Source: Clostridia bacterium
Lineage (GTDB): Bacteria > Bacillota > Clostridia > Oscillospirales > Acutalibacteraceae
Direction: 5' to 3'
Assembly (NCBI GenBank): GCA_017543285.1
Contig: JAFYGK010000012.1
Span: 1-64,000, forward strand
DNA: 64,000 nucleotides
In this document: one piece after another, positions 47,263 to 56,198 of the stretch
Layout: each line of letters starts with the position of its first letter
How positions within the stretch are numbered: position 1 is the stretch's first letter
Program-made: the position numbers and the translations under genes
Notes under the pieces: model-generated
The model's database searches: none
What the model was told of the DNA's origin: nothing
The model's input: the letters and a program-made list of their open reading frames with translations, nothing else

Positions 47263-49317
47263 ATGAGCATGGAAATATTGGCTCCGGCTGGAAGCTTTGA
47301 ACAGCTTCGGGCTGCCGTGTGCTGCGGAGCGGACGCCGTGTATCTGGGCACGGACTGCTTCAATGCCCGGCAGGGGGCGCAGAATTTTACCCTTGAAGAG
47401 CTGAAGGAGGCCGTTGAATACTGTCATCTTCACAAGGTAAAGGTACATCTTGCGCTAAACACGCTGCTGTATGACAGCGAGCTGCCCGAGGCGCTGAAAA
47501 TAGCGGAGTATGCGTGCGCCGTCGGCGTTGACGCGCTGATCGTGCAGGATGTCGGTCTGGCTTCGCTCTTAAGGCAGTGCTGTCCGGATATGCCGCTGCA
47601 CGCCTCGACCCAGCTTTCGGCGCATACCCTCTCGGCGGTGCGTTTTCTTGCCGACGCCGGTTTTTCCAGAGTCATTCTGGCGCGCGAGCTCAGCCGCGCG
47701 GAAATATCCAAGATCGCCGTAAACAGCGATGTGGAACTGGAGATTTTTATTCACGGAGCCTACTGCATGTCGGTTTCCGGTCAGTGCTATATGTCGTCCC
47801 TTTTCGGAGGGCGAAGCGGCAACAGGGGACTGTGCGCCCAGCCGTGCCGTCTGCCGACAAATGCTCCTGACGGCTGCGAGTTTGCGCTCAGCCTCAAGGA
47901 TATGTCTCTCATCGAGCATCTGGGCGAGATATCCTCTCTGGGCATTGCTTCGGTCAAGATCGAAGGCAGACTAAAGCGGCCGGAATATGTGGCGGCCGCC
48001 GTCGCCGCCTGCCGTCAGCGGCTTTACGGGGACTATGACGGCGAAGAAGCTCTGCTGAAGCTCAAAAAGGTGTTTTCGCGCAGCGGTTTTACCGACGGCT
48101 ACTATAAGGGCGAGATATCCCGCGGCATGTTCGGAACCCGCACAAGGGATGACGTTGTAGGCGCGACAGGCGACCTTTTGCGTGAGCTTTCCAGGCTGTA
48201 TGAAAAGGACATGCCCATATACCGGGTGGATTTTGACCTTTCGATAAAAAGAGGACAAAAAGCGGAGCTTCAGGCGCGATGCAAGAAACATTCGGTTTTT
48301 GCTCAGGCCGGCGAGCCGATCGAGGCTGTCAACAAGCCGCTGGATGAAGCCCGGTGCATATCGCAGCTGAAAAAGACCGGAGGCACGGTTTTCTATACGG
48401 GAAAGATCAGCGTTGATATCGACGACGGACTGCTGCTGCCCGTTTCCCAGATCAATTCCATGCGCCGCAGCGCGCTTGAGCAGCTTGAGAAAAAGCTAAG
48501 TTATGCCGGGCCGATTGATTTTGCCGTGCCCGAGCTGAGGGTTCCGGCGCTGAACGAGCCGAAAAGACCGCAGCTGTGGGCCTGCTTCAGCGATGAAAAA
48601 AATATGCCGGACGACCTGTCGGGGCTTGATTTTGTTTTTGTTCCGGTTCAGACCGGACACGCCTCGCTGCTGAAGCTCAGCGACCGCCTTAAAGGAACGG
48701 GCACAAAGCTCGGCGTTGCCATGCCGAGAGGCATTTTCGGCATGGACGAATACTATTCGCGCCTTTTGCGGCGGGTCAGGCAGGCGGAGGTCTTCGACTG
48801 CATGGTCGGAAATGTCGGCGCTATGCAGATATGTCTTGACGAAAAAATGACGGTTCACGGCGGAATAGGCATGAATATAACCAACAATCATGCCTTCGAG
48901 GATTATTCCTACGGGGGACTTTCTTCCGCGCTGCTTTCCTTTGAGCTGACCGCAAAGCGCATGAACATGATAAGCGGGGATATGCCTTCGGGCGCCGTCA
49001 TTTACGGACACCTTCCGCTCATGCTGACCAGAACCTGTCCCGCGTACGGAAAATGCGTCAATTGCGGCGGCGCGGCGCTGACCGACCGCAAGGGCATGAA
49101 AATGCCGGTCATATGCAAAGGAGGCTGCAGTGAGATACTCAATCCCGTTCCTCTTTATATGGGCGACAGAAGAAGCGAACTGCGGCAGGATTATCATTTG
49201 CTCCTTTTTACCGTGGAGGACAAAAACAGAGCAGCGGAAATAATAGAAATGGTATCGCAGGGAAAGCCCTTCGACGCCGATATGACAAGAGGGCTTTACT
49301 ATAAGGGAGCCGAATAG
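47263..49317 (+). CDS. Peptidase U32 family protein (collagenase-like)
   Basis: The N-terminal U32 TIM-barrel region (ELLAPAGSFEQLRAAVCCGADAVYLG) is conserved. 684 aa. Confidence 0.85.
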   Translation: MSMEILAPAGSFEQLRAAVCCGADAVYLGTDCFNARQGAQNFTLEELKEAVEYCHLHKVKVHLALNTLLYDSELPEALKIAEYACAVGVDALIVQDVGLASLLRQCCPDMPLHASTQLSAHTLSAVRFLADAGFSRVILARELSRAEISKIAVNSDVELEIFIHGAYCMSVSGQCYMSSLFGGRSGNRGLCAQPCRLPTNAPDGCEFALSLKDMSLIEHLGEISSLGIASVKIEGRLKRPEYVAAAVAACRQRLYGDYDGEEALLKLKKVFSRSGFTDGYYKGEISRGMFGTRTRDDVVGATGDLLRELSRLYEKDMPIYRVDFDLSIKRGQKAELQARCKKHSVFAQAGEPIEAVNKPLDEARCISQLKKTGGTVFYTGKISVDIDDGLLLPVSQINSMRRSALEQLEKKLSYAGPIDFAVPELRVPALNEPKRPQLWACFSDEKNMPDDLSGLDFVFVPVQTGHASLLKLSDRLKGTGTKLGVAMPRGIFGMDEYYSRLLRRVRQAEVFDCMVGNVGAMQICLDEKMTVHGGIGMNITNNHAFEDYSYGGLSSALLSFELTAKRMNMISGDMPSGAVIYGHLPLMLTRTCPAYGKCVNCGGAALTDRKGMKMPVICKGGCSEILNPVPLYMGDRRSELRQDYHLLLFTVEDKNRAAEIIEMVSQGKPFDADMTRGLYYKGAE

Positions 49318-49409
49318 ACAATAGATCAACGCCGGAGATCATAAGCGGCGAAGGCATTTTTTACCCTGCTGGCAAGCCGACTTTATTCTGAAAAAACGGA
49401 GCGCGGAAA

Positions 49410-49853
49410 ATGCAGAAGCTGAAAATAAAAAAACTCAGGGAGAACGCGATACTTCCGAGAAGAATGTCACACGGAGCGGCCGGATTCGATCTGACCGCCT
49501 GCATTGATTCTCCCGTTGAGATCCTGCCCGGCAGTCTGCACCGCATACCGACCGGCATAGCCATTCAGCTCCCCGGCGAAGATCTCGCTGCTCTTATCTA
49601 CGCAAGAAGCGGGCTGGCCGCAAAGCACGGCATTACTCTTTCCAACTGTGTGGGGGTTGTCGACAGCGATTACAGGGGCGAGATCATAGTCGCGCTGTGC
49701 AACGTATCGGACAGAAGCTATACCGTTCAACCGGGCGAGCGTATAGCGCAAATGGTGATAACTCCGGTGGTCCGCATGGAAACCGAACAGTCCGATGAGC
49801 TCGACGAAACCGAAAGAGGCTCAGGCGGATTCGGCTCGACGGGGAAAAGGTGA
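49410..49853 (+). CDS. dut: dUTP diphosphatase
   Basis: Dut motifs I-V, including RSGLAAKHGI, VDSDYRGE and the C-terminal GGFGSTG. Confidence 0.9.
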   Translation: MQKLKIKKLRENAILPRRMSHGAAGFDLTACIDSPVEILPGSLHRIPTGIAIQLPGEDLAALIYARSGLAAKHGITLSNCVGVVDSDYRGEIIVALCNVSDRSYTVQPGERIAQMVITPVVRMETEQSDELDETERGSGGFGSTGKR

Positions 49854-49857
49854 CGTC

Positions 49858-50466
49858 ATGCCGTACAAATCAGACAAAGGCTTCATTCTCGCTTCAGGCT
49901 CTCCGCGCAGAAGGGTGCTGCTCAAAAGGATAATCGACAATTTTGAAGTGATCCCGGCCGATGTGGACGAGACCATCGAAAACGGCAGCGACCCCATGAA
50001 CGCGGTCATGCAGCTTGCGGCGCGAAAGGGACGCTGCGTTGCGCAGAGCAACAAAGACGACGTTGTTATTGCTGCCGATACGATAGTAGTATGCGACGGC
50101 GTCATATTGGGAAAGCCATCCGACGAGGATGACGCGGCGCGTATGCTCTCCATGCTGTCGGGCAGAGAGCATACAGTCATCACAGGGGTTTACATCGGCT
50201 GCGATTCGGTTGAGCACATATTTGCCCAATGCACGTCCGTTGTTTTCAAGCGCCTTGGCAGATTCAGGATCAAAAGATATATAAAAACCGGCGAACCGAT
50301 GGACAAGGCCGGTTCTTACGGCTATCAGGGCAAAGGAGGAAGACTGGTCAAAACCATTTCCGGCGATGCCGACAATGTGATCGGACTGCCGGTTGCGGGT
50401 CTTGAAAAGAGACTCCTTCAGCTCGGTCTCATTCATTCCGACCGGGACGGCAAGGAGAACAATTAA
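49858..50466 (+). CDS. maf: Maf-like nucleoside triphosphate pyrophosphatase (septum formation protein Maf)
   Basis: ILASGSPRRR...DT...KP...GSY family blocks. The ATG lies 4 nt after the dut stop. Confidence 0.85.
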   Translation: MPYKSDKGFILASGSPRRRVLLKRIIDNFEVIPADVDETIENGSDPMNAVMQLAARKGRCVAQSNKDDVVIAADTIVVCDGVILGKPSDEDDAARMLSMLSGREHTVITGVYIGCDSVEHIFAQCTSVVFKRLGRFRIKRYIKTGEPMDKAGSYGYQGKGGRLVKTISGDADNVIGLPVAGLEKRLLQLGLIHSDRDGKENN

Positions 50467-50571
50467 TCGTTTTTTATAAATAGCACATATATAAAACGAC
50501 AGCAATCCGGTCTTTTGGCTAAAACAACAGTATTTTGAACCTGTTTTTGGAGAGTAAAATTCAAAAAACCT

Positions 50572-50601
50572 TTGACATTGTCAACACACTTGTGGTATTA
50601 T
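50572..50601 (+). promoter_or_regulatory. Sigma-A promoter with extended -10 (TTGACA-N18-TGgTATTAT) for the MinD-like gene
   Basis: Hexamers seen directly. The promoter is about 20 nt upstream of the ATG. Confidence 0.4.
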
Positions 50602-50622
50602 TATTCGTGGGAGTGTAGCATC

Positions 50623-51357
50623 ATGAGCAGAATTATCGTTGTAACCTCCGGAAAGGGCGGAACAGGAAAATCCTCCGTTGCCGCGGCTCTCGGAACGGCT
50701 CTCGCAAAAAGAGGCAAAAAGGTGCTGCTGATCGACTGCGACTGGGGACTGCGCTGCCTTGATCTTATTCTCGGAGTGTCCGGAGAAATGGTGTTCGACC
50801 TGGGCGACATTCTGAACAGCGACTGTGAAATATCCAAAGCTATTTACAGCGTTGACAGCGTGGAGGGCCTTTTTCTGATACCCGCCCCCACATTCACCGA
50901 CGCCGATTCGGCAGGCGACAACCTGAAAAGGCTGTGCCGCGCCCTTTATAACAATTTCGACTATATTTTTATAGATTCGCCGGCAGGTATAGAAAACGGC
51001 TTTCGCGTTGCGGTTTCTCCGGCTCAGCTTGCTCTTGTTGTGGTCACGCCTGACCCGGTCTGCATAAGAGACGCCGAAAGGGTCGGAGAGATGCTGAAGG
51101 AATACGGTGTGCGCGAGCACAGGCTGGTTATCAACAAGCTGAAAAAATCCGTCTTTCGCTTCGACGGTACCGCCGATCTGGATAAGGTAATAGACGGCGT
51201 GTCCATGCAGCTTATCGGGATAATTCCGGAGGACAAAAACGTACAGCATTCCGCGGTTCGGGGAATCCCGCTGCAAAAAGGAAGGGCCTGCGCCGCGATA
51301 AACCGCATTGCCGCCAGGATCGAGGGCGAAGACGTGCTGATACCCAGATCGCTCTGA
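50623..51357 (+). CDS. MinD/ParA-family ATPase (MinD-like, apparently lacking the C-terminal membrane-targeting helix)
   Basis: Deviant Walker A (SGKGGTGKSS) and the MinD-like DCDWGLRCLDL block. It ends about 25 aa earlier than canonical MinD. Confidence 0.7.
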   Translation: MSRIIVVTSGKGGTGKSSVAAALGTALAKRGKKVLLIDCDWGLRCLDLILGVSGEMVFDLGDILNSDCEISKAIYSVDSVEGLFLIPAPTFTDADSAGDNLKRLCRALYNNFDYIFIDSPAGIENGFRVAVSPAQLALVVVTPDPVCIRDAERVGEMLKEYGVREHRLVINKLKKSVFRFDGTADLDKVIDGVSMQLIGIIPEDKNVQHSAVRGIPLQKGRACAAINRIAARIEGEDVLIPRSL

Positions 51358-51471
51358 TCTTTTTCCACAGATTAATACAGATGACATTACCGGTATTTTA
51401 TTGACGGCACTATCATGAGATACCGTATTTATCGCAATACATGATTACTAAAGTCAGGGGGGTATTTGTTA

Positions 51472-51879
51472 ATGAATATTGCTTTAATTGCTCACGACGC
51501 AAAAAAAGAGCTGATGGTACAGTTTTGCATTGCATACTGCGGCATATTGAGCCGTCACAATATTTGTGCAACTGGGACAACCGGCAAAATGGTCGCTGAA
51601 GCTACCGGCCTGAAGATAACGCGTTTTCTCAGCGGAGAACAGGGCGGAGACCAGCAGATCATGGCGAGGATAGGCTATAACGAGATAGATCTTCTCATGT
51701 TCTTCCGCGATCCTCTCAACCCCAAGCCGCACGAGGCCAAGGAGATGGATCTTCTGCGTCTGTGCGATATGCACAACATCCCGGTTGCCACAAACATCGC
51801 AACCGGCGAGGTGCTCATCCACGGTCTTGAGCGCGGAGACCTCGACTGGAGAAATATCGTAAATCCCGGCTCCCTGTAA
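51472..51879 (+). CDS. mgsA: Methylglyoxal synthase
   Basis: [11 protein letters not shown]...ATGTTG...GGDQQ match to the full-length MgsA family. Confidence 0.9.
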   Translation: MNIALIAHDAKKELMVQFCIAYCGILSRHNICATGTTGKMVAEATGLKITRFLSGEQGGDQQIMARIGYNEIDLLMFFRDPLNPKPHEAKEMDLLRLCDMHNIPVATNIATGEVLIHGLERGDLDWRNIVNPGSL

Positions 51880-51941
51880 TGCGATAACGGTCAGCGACTA
51901 CCCTTCGCACTTTTTTACTAACATTACGTGAGGTGCTATTA

Positions 51942-52379
51942 ATGACTGAAGCCAGAACCTACAGCGAAGGCTCAAATGCCGGCGGTGTATTGAAGGAAAG
52001 AAAGCGCTGGGGCCTTTTCGGGCTGCCGTTTACCTTTACGGTATACAGGCTCGACCCAAAAACCCTTGTTATAAAAACCGGTCTTTTTACGACCACCGAG
52101 AACGAGATAAGACTCTACCGAGTTCTGGATGTTTCCATGACCCGTTCGTTTGGCCAGAAAATGTTCGGCATGGGTTCGCTCAAGGTCATATCGTCCGATA
52201 AAACGACGCCCGACCTGACCATAAAAAATATTAAAAACGTCAGACGCTTCAAGGAATACCTTTCCGAGTATGTTGAGCTGGAGCGCAAGCGCAACCGCAT
52301 GCGCGCAAACGAGATTATCGATCATTATCACGACGACAATGAGGACGACGACCTGTTTGACGACGATCGTCTTTACTGA
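51942..52379 (+). CDS. Bacterial PH (bPH_2/YdbS-like) domain protein with acidic tail
   Basis: Two short TM-like segments and a PH-like core (LYRVLDVSMTRSFGQKMFGMGSLKVIS). Start after RBS gaggtg. Confidence 0.55.
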   Translation: MTEARTYSEGSNAGGVLKERKRWGLFGLPFTFTVYRLDPKTLVIKTGLFTTTENEIRLYRVLDVSMTRSFGQKMFGMGSLKVISSDKTTPDLTIKNIKNVRRFKEYLSEYVELERKRNRMRANEIIDHYHDDNEDDDLFDDDRLY

Positions 52380-52390
52380 TAAACCGACGT

Positions 52391-52430
52391 CAGCCTTCCT
52401 GCTTTTTTAAGCGGCAGGAAGGCTTTCTTT
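52391..52430 (+). terminator. Rho-independent terminator
   Basis: cagccttcctgc-ttttttaa-gcaggaaggct followed by TTCTTT. Confidence 0.5.
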
Positions 52431-52463
52431 CAATAAAGCTCCGTATAAAACACCCGAAAGGAG

Positions 52464-53288
52464 GTGAAGAAACCGCGGATTATGATATTTGAAAAATTTT
52501 TCAAAAGAAACGACGTACATAACGAAAACGGCATCGCGCCGTCGTCAAAGCCGAGAGCCGTTGCCTTTGTCGACTTCGAGCATTGGTATATTTCGCTCGA
52601 CAAAATGTATCACGTAAAGCCTAAGATAAGGGAGTGGCGCGACAGTCTTGCGGAAAAATACGACGTTACCGAAATAATGTTTTTCGGTGATTTTTCGAAC
52701 CAGAGCCTCAGAAACGAGATATCGCACATCAGAGAGGTTACAAATTTTATAGTAGATACGCAGAATACTTCTCCGCACCACAAAAAAGATTTTACCGACT
52801 TCATCATGCTTGATCATATTTACCGCAAGGCTATATCGGGCGATAATGTCGACGCTTTCATCATCTTTACCGGCGACGGACATTTCAATTCGGTCGTGCA
52901 GTTCATAGTTGACCGCTGCAATAAGGAAGTCGGCATCTACGCCGTCAAAAACGCGCTGAGCAATCAGCTCAGGACAAGCGCAAGCTGGTATGAGGAACTG
53001 CCGAAAGAGGACTACATGGCTGAGTATTATGAGATGATACTGGACAATCTCAAAAGGATAGAAAATTCTCACCGCCATGCGCGCGCAACCTTCTCTAAAA
53101 CCGTAACAATGGTAGCGCAGAGAAACAATGCCGACGAGGAACTGGTCCGGACGGCACTGGAAAAACTCATACAGAAGGGATATATCCTTCAAAAGCGCGA
53201 GCGTACCAGAAACAACAAGATGATAAATGTCATCCGCACCGACTGGGAAAAACTGGAGAATGACGGAATGTTTCCCGCAAGACACTGA
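52464..53288 (+). CDS. NYN (LabA-like) domain protein
   Basis: NYN/PIN-like acidic residues (AFVDFEHW...FFGDFSN...IIFTGDGHF) plus a C-terminal helical region. The start could be the ATG at 52482. Confidence 0.65.
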   Translation: MKKPRIMIFEKFFKRNDVHNENGIAPSSKPRAVAFVDFEHWYISLDKMYHVKPKIREWRDSLAEKYDVTEIMFFGDFSNQSLRNEISHIREVTNFIVDTQNTSPHHKKDFTDFIMLDHIYRKAISGDNVDAFIIFTGDGHFNSVVQFIVDRCNKEVGIYAVKNALSNQLRTSASWYEELPKEDYMAEYYEMILDNLKRIENSHRHARATFSKTVTMVAQRNNADEELVRTALEKLIQKGYILQKRERTRNNKMINVIRTDWEKLENDGMFPARH

Positions 53289-53314
53289 TCACCGCTGATT
53301 TTTGGAGAACCATC

Positions 53315-54493
53315 ATGAAAACGCTGTTAAAAGTATTGAGCGTATTGCTCGCGGCGGCAGCGGCAGCGCTGTGCGTCACGGCTGCGCTGAAAGCAAACAG
53401 AGCGGAAGAGGTCGCCGTAACGGCCGATTATCTCGCCCAGACCGAATCCGCGCAGACAGCCGCGGCAAGAACCGCCGTTTCGCTGCCGGGAGACGCCGAC
53501 GGCGACGGCAGGGTGACCACCGCCGATTCCCTGACGATCCTAAAGCACTGCGTGGGTATACTCAAGATCGAAAACCCGCTTTATGCCGATGTTGACGGCG
53601 ACGGAATAATTACTACCAACGACGCCCTTGCCGTTCTTAAATTCGCCGCCGGAATCATAAAGGAATTCCCTGCCGTTTCGGATACCGGACAAAAAACCGG
53701 AAACATGCTCAACGGAGGACTTGCCTTTTACTGTTCGGACAGCATCTATTACACCGATCTGGCCGAGGGCATCTACCGGTGCGACGCCGACCTTTCCGGG
53801 CAAACCATGATTTATTCCGGCAAGGCCGACAGTCTCTGCCGCGCCGGCGGATATATTTATTTCATCGACTATCTTGACGGCGCTTCTGTTTGCCGTATAG
53901 ATATGAACGGAAAGGGACACAGAAGGATTGCCGACGGTCCGGCGGCAAACCTTACGGCAGACGGAAAAAGGCTGTATTACGTCAATGTCGGAGACAAAAG
54001 CGCCATCTATTCCTGCGATCTGTCGGGCAATGATTCCGAAAAACTGACAGACGACAGATGCAGTATGCTGAATGTCGCAGACGGCTGTATTTACTATGTA
54101 TCGCACACCGAATCGGACGATTACGGCAGCATAGTGAAACTGGAGACGGAAACCGCAAAGAGGACCGACCTCGGATGCGCCGCCGGATTTATTGACGTTT
54201 ACGACGGAATAATATATTATCTCAATCACGACAACGCCGACAGAGTCTACACAATGACAACCGATGGAAAAGACGTCAAGAGATTCTGCAACTACAAAAC
54301 TCTTCGCCTGAACGTTGCCGAAGGAACCATGTACTTCATCCGCCGCGACGACAATTTCAGCATACACCGCCTCAACACGGACAAAACCGGTCTATCGAGA
54401 GTAAACAGAGCCGTGTCCGATTATCTCTGCGTCGCCGGAGACTACATTTTCTATACCGACGAGGATATGAAGGTTTGTACCGTAAAGCGTTGA
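53315..54493 (+). CDS. Secreted dockerin (type I, two Ca-binding repeats) + DUF5050 beta-propeller protein
   Basis: Signal peptide, then GDADGDGRVTTADSLTILKHCVG and ADVDGDGIITTNDALAVLKFAAG dockerin repeats, then repeated YY/YF-containing blades typical of DUF5050. Confidence 0.7.
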   Translation: MKTLLKVLSVLLAAAAAALCVTAALKANRAEEVAVTADYLAQTESAQTAAARTAVSLPGDADGDGRVTTADSLTILKHCVGILKIENPLYADVDGDGIITTNDALAVLKFAAGIIKEFPAVSDTGQKTGNMLNGGLAFYCSDSIYYTDLAEGIYRCDADLSGQTMIYSGKADSLCRAGGYIYFIDYLDGASVCRIDMNGKGHRRIADGPAANLTADGKRLYYVNVGDKSAIYSCDLSGNDSEKLTDDRCSMLNVADGCIYYVSHTESDDYGSIVKLETETAKRTDLGCAAGFIDVYDGIIYYLNHDNADRVYTMTTDGKDVKRFCNYKTLRLNVAEGTMYFIRRDDNFSIHRLNTDKTGLSRVNRAVSDYLCVAGDYIFYTDEDMKVCTVKR

Positions 54494-54597
54494 CGAAGAG
54501 TCCTGACATTCGCACGGAGTTTATTGAACCCGCGGTTTTTCCCGGCGCGGAAGATTCCGCCAACCCCTGCCAGGCGCCCGGAATGAGCAATTTTTTA

Positions 54598-54626
54598 TTG
54601 ACTTATAGGGCTGAATAAGGTAAAAT
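54598..54626 (+). promoter_or_regulatory. Candidate sigma-A promoter (TTGACT-N17-TAAAAT) in an ORF-free region
   Basis: Hexamers seen directly. A terminator lies about 200 nt downstream. Confidence 0.4.
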
Positions 54627-54801
54627 ATAGGTAAAGATTTATACTGCCTTTCTGCCGGGAAAACGAAGCGTGTTACGATGCTCCGGGTTTGATTTTACGC
54701 GCCGGCATAACCGAAACAGGAACGAGTTGTTCCGGCGGACGCGGCCGGATTTCAGCTTACGCGAACCGACTTTTCATCAAACAGCAATGTTAAATGGTTG
54801 T

Positions 54802-54834
54802 GGCCAACTTGGGTGTAATCAAGTTGGCCTTTTT
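54802..54834 (+). terminator. Rho-independent terminator (ggccaacttg-ggtgtaat-caagttggcc-TTTTT)
   Basis: A perfect 10 bp stem plus a T-run. It has no upstream CDS and sits just before small/membrane ORFs. Confidence 0.55.
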
Positions 54835-54913
54835 GAAAGCGGCATAAAGAATCATGTCTGAAGGAGAGAGATGCTTGAACAGAAGAAGCAAAAACAGGAG
54901 AAGACGTCTGAAA

Positions 54914-55090
54914 ATGACAAAAAAAGCTTTAAAAATGCTGCTCCCGTTTGTTGTCAGCGCGCTCGTGATCGCGATAGCCTCGCTGCTTGTTTTCAATTAC
55001 GCGCTCAGAAAGGCGTCTTATTTTGAGCGGATAAATCCGGCAAACAACCCGAACGCGCCGCTGAGCAGCAGTCTAGCGCGGAATGAATAA
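54914..55090 (+). CDS. Possible small membrane protein (58 aa)
   Basis: One clear TM helix (LLPFVVSALVIAIASLLVF). Weak RBS, and the start is uncertain. Confidence 0.25.
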   Translation: MTKKALKMLLPFVVSALVIAIASLLVFNYALRKASYFERINPANNPNAPLSSSLARNE

Positions 55091-55162
55091 TTGCGGACAA
55101 CCGCCATGGACAATTTCCCGCCGGGCGTCAAATCTCCGTTTTAAAGGAAGGAACATTCACGA

Positions 55163-56134
55163 ATGAAAAGCTCAGGACACAGATCAAGCCGCGCAAAAAG
55201 CAGACAGGGCAGACGGCAGTCTGTGATTGATACAATTGAATCATTGATGAGGCTGTTTTTGTGTCTGATTATAGTGATCTCGGTCATTCTTACATTTTTA
55301 AGCGCAGCCGTATGCTTCAGGCTGCAAAGGAAGGAGGATCTGTCAAGCGCCGTGCTGACCCCGGAATATTACAGCGCGGTTGATTCGCAGGTCAGAAATG
55401 ACGTCGGGCGGCAGTGCGCTGTCCTCGGCGCCGATGAAAAGACCGTTGCCGCTTCCCTTGACAGCGTCAGAATCAAATCAATGGCCGAGCAGCTGGTTGT
55501 CGACGGCGGGCACATGCTGTTTTCGGGAAGCGCCGACGAATTTGCTCTCTATCCGGAAGAAGATTTTAAAGACGCGCTTTCCGTGACGTTCGGAAACGAC
55601 GCAGAAAAGATTTCCCGGTCTGCAAAAGCTCTTGCCGACTGCGTGAACAGATCGGTATATATGACCGACACAGCCGAGCTTAATCAGGAATTATTCAATA
55701 TTTACAGCAGGATCCACCCCTTTATGAACATGTTCGGAAAGTTCGGCGCTTTCGCTTTGGCGACGCTGGCGCTCATGCTTGTCTATTATATCTCTTCCAA
55801 AAGAAGCAGCCTCAGAAAGATATACCGCATGACCGGCTCCGTGTGGATCGGAACATCTTTTGTCTTCATACCGTCGCTTGTGGCTGCGGCGGGAAAGTTT
55901 ACGTCAAGGCTGCCGATCTCCGATACGGGCATCCGGCACATAATCAAAAACATCGCCGACTATATACTTGATTTCATCTTCCCAATCTCCCTCGCCGTAT
56001 GGGCAATCGCAACCGTCGCTCTTATCGTATGCATAGTAAAGCTGGTCAAAAGACCGTATAAGCACCGCCACAGAAGAAATTTTGAAGAATTCAGAACAGA
56101 TGAGGATTTTGAAATGCCCGACGGTGAGCTGTAA
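55163..56134 (+). CDS. Hypothetical membrane protein
   Basis: An N-terminal TM helix, a ~150 aa extracytoplasmic region, and 3-4 C-terminal TM helices. No known domain. Confidence 0.45.
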   Translation: MKSSGHRSSRAKSRQGRRQSVIDTIESLMRLFLCLIIVISVILTFLSAAVCFRLQRKEDLSSAVLTPEYYSAVDSQVRNDVGRQCAVLGADEKTVAASLDSVRIKSMAEQLVVDGGHMLFSGSADEFALYPEEDFKDALSVTFGNDAEKISRSAKALADCVNRSVYMTDTAELNQELFNIYSRIHPFMNMFGKFGAFALATLALMLVYYISSKRSSLRKIYRMTGSVWIGTSFVFIPSLVAAAGKFTSRLPISDTGIRHIIKNIADYILDFIFPISLAVWAIATVALIVCIVKLVKRPYKHRHRRNFEEFRTDEDFEMPDGEL

Positions 56135-56198
56135 GGCTCCGGACAACTGCCGGCAAACGAAGACCATCCGACAAACTGATTAGAAAGAAGAGCATCAA

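Noticed and set aside
54670-54861. 63 aa ORF inside the candidate sRNA/leader region
   Set aside because: Its Arg/Asn-rich composition looks non-coding. It runs through the terminator hairpin and has no RBS.
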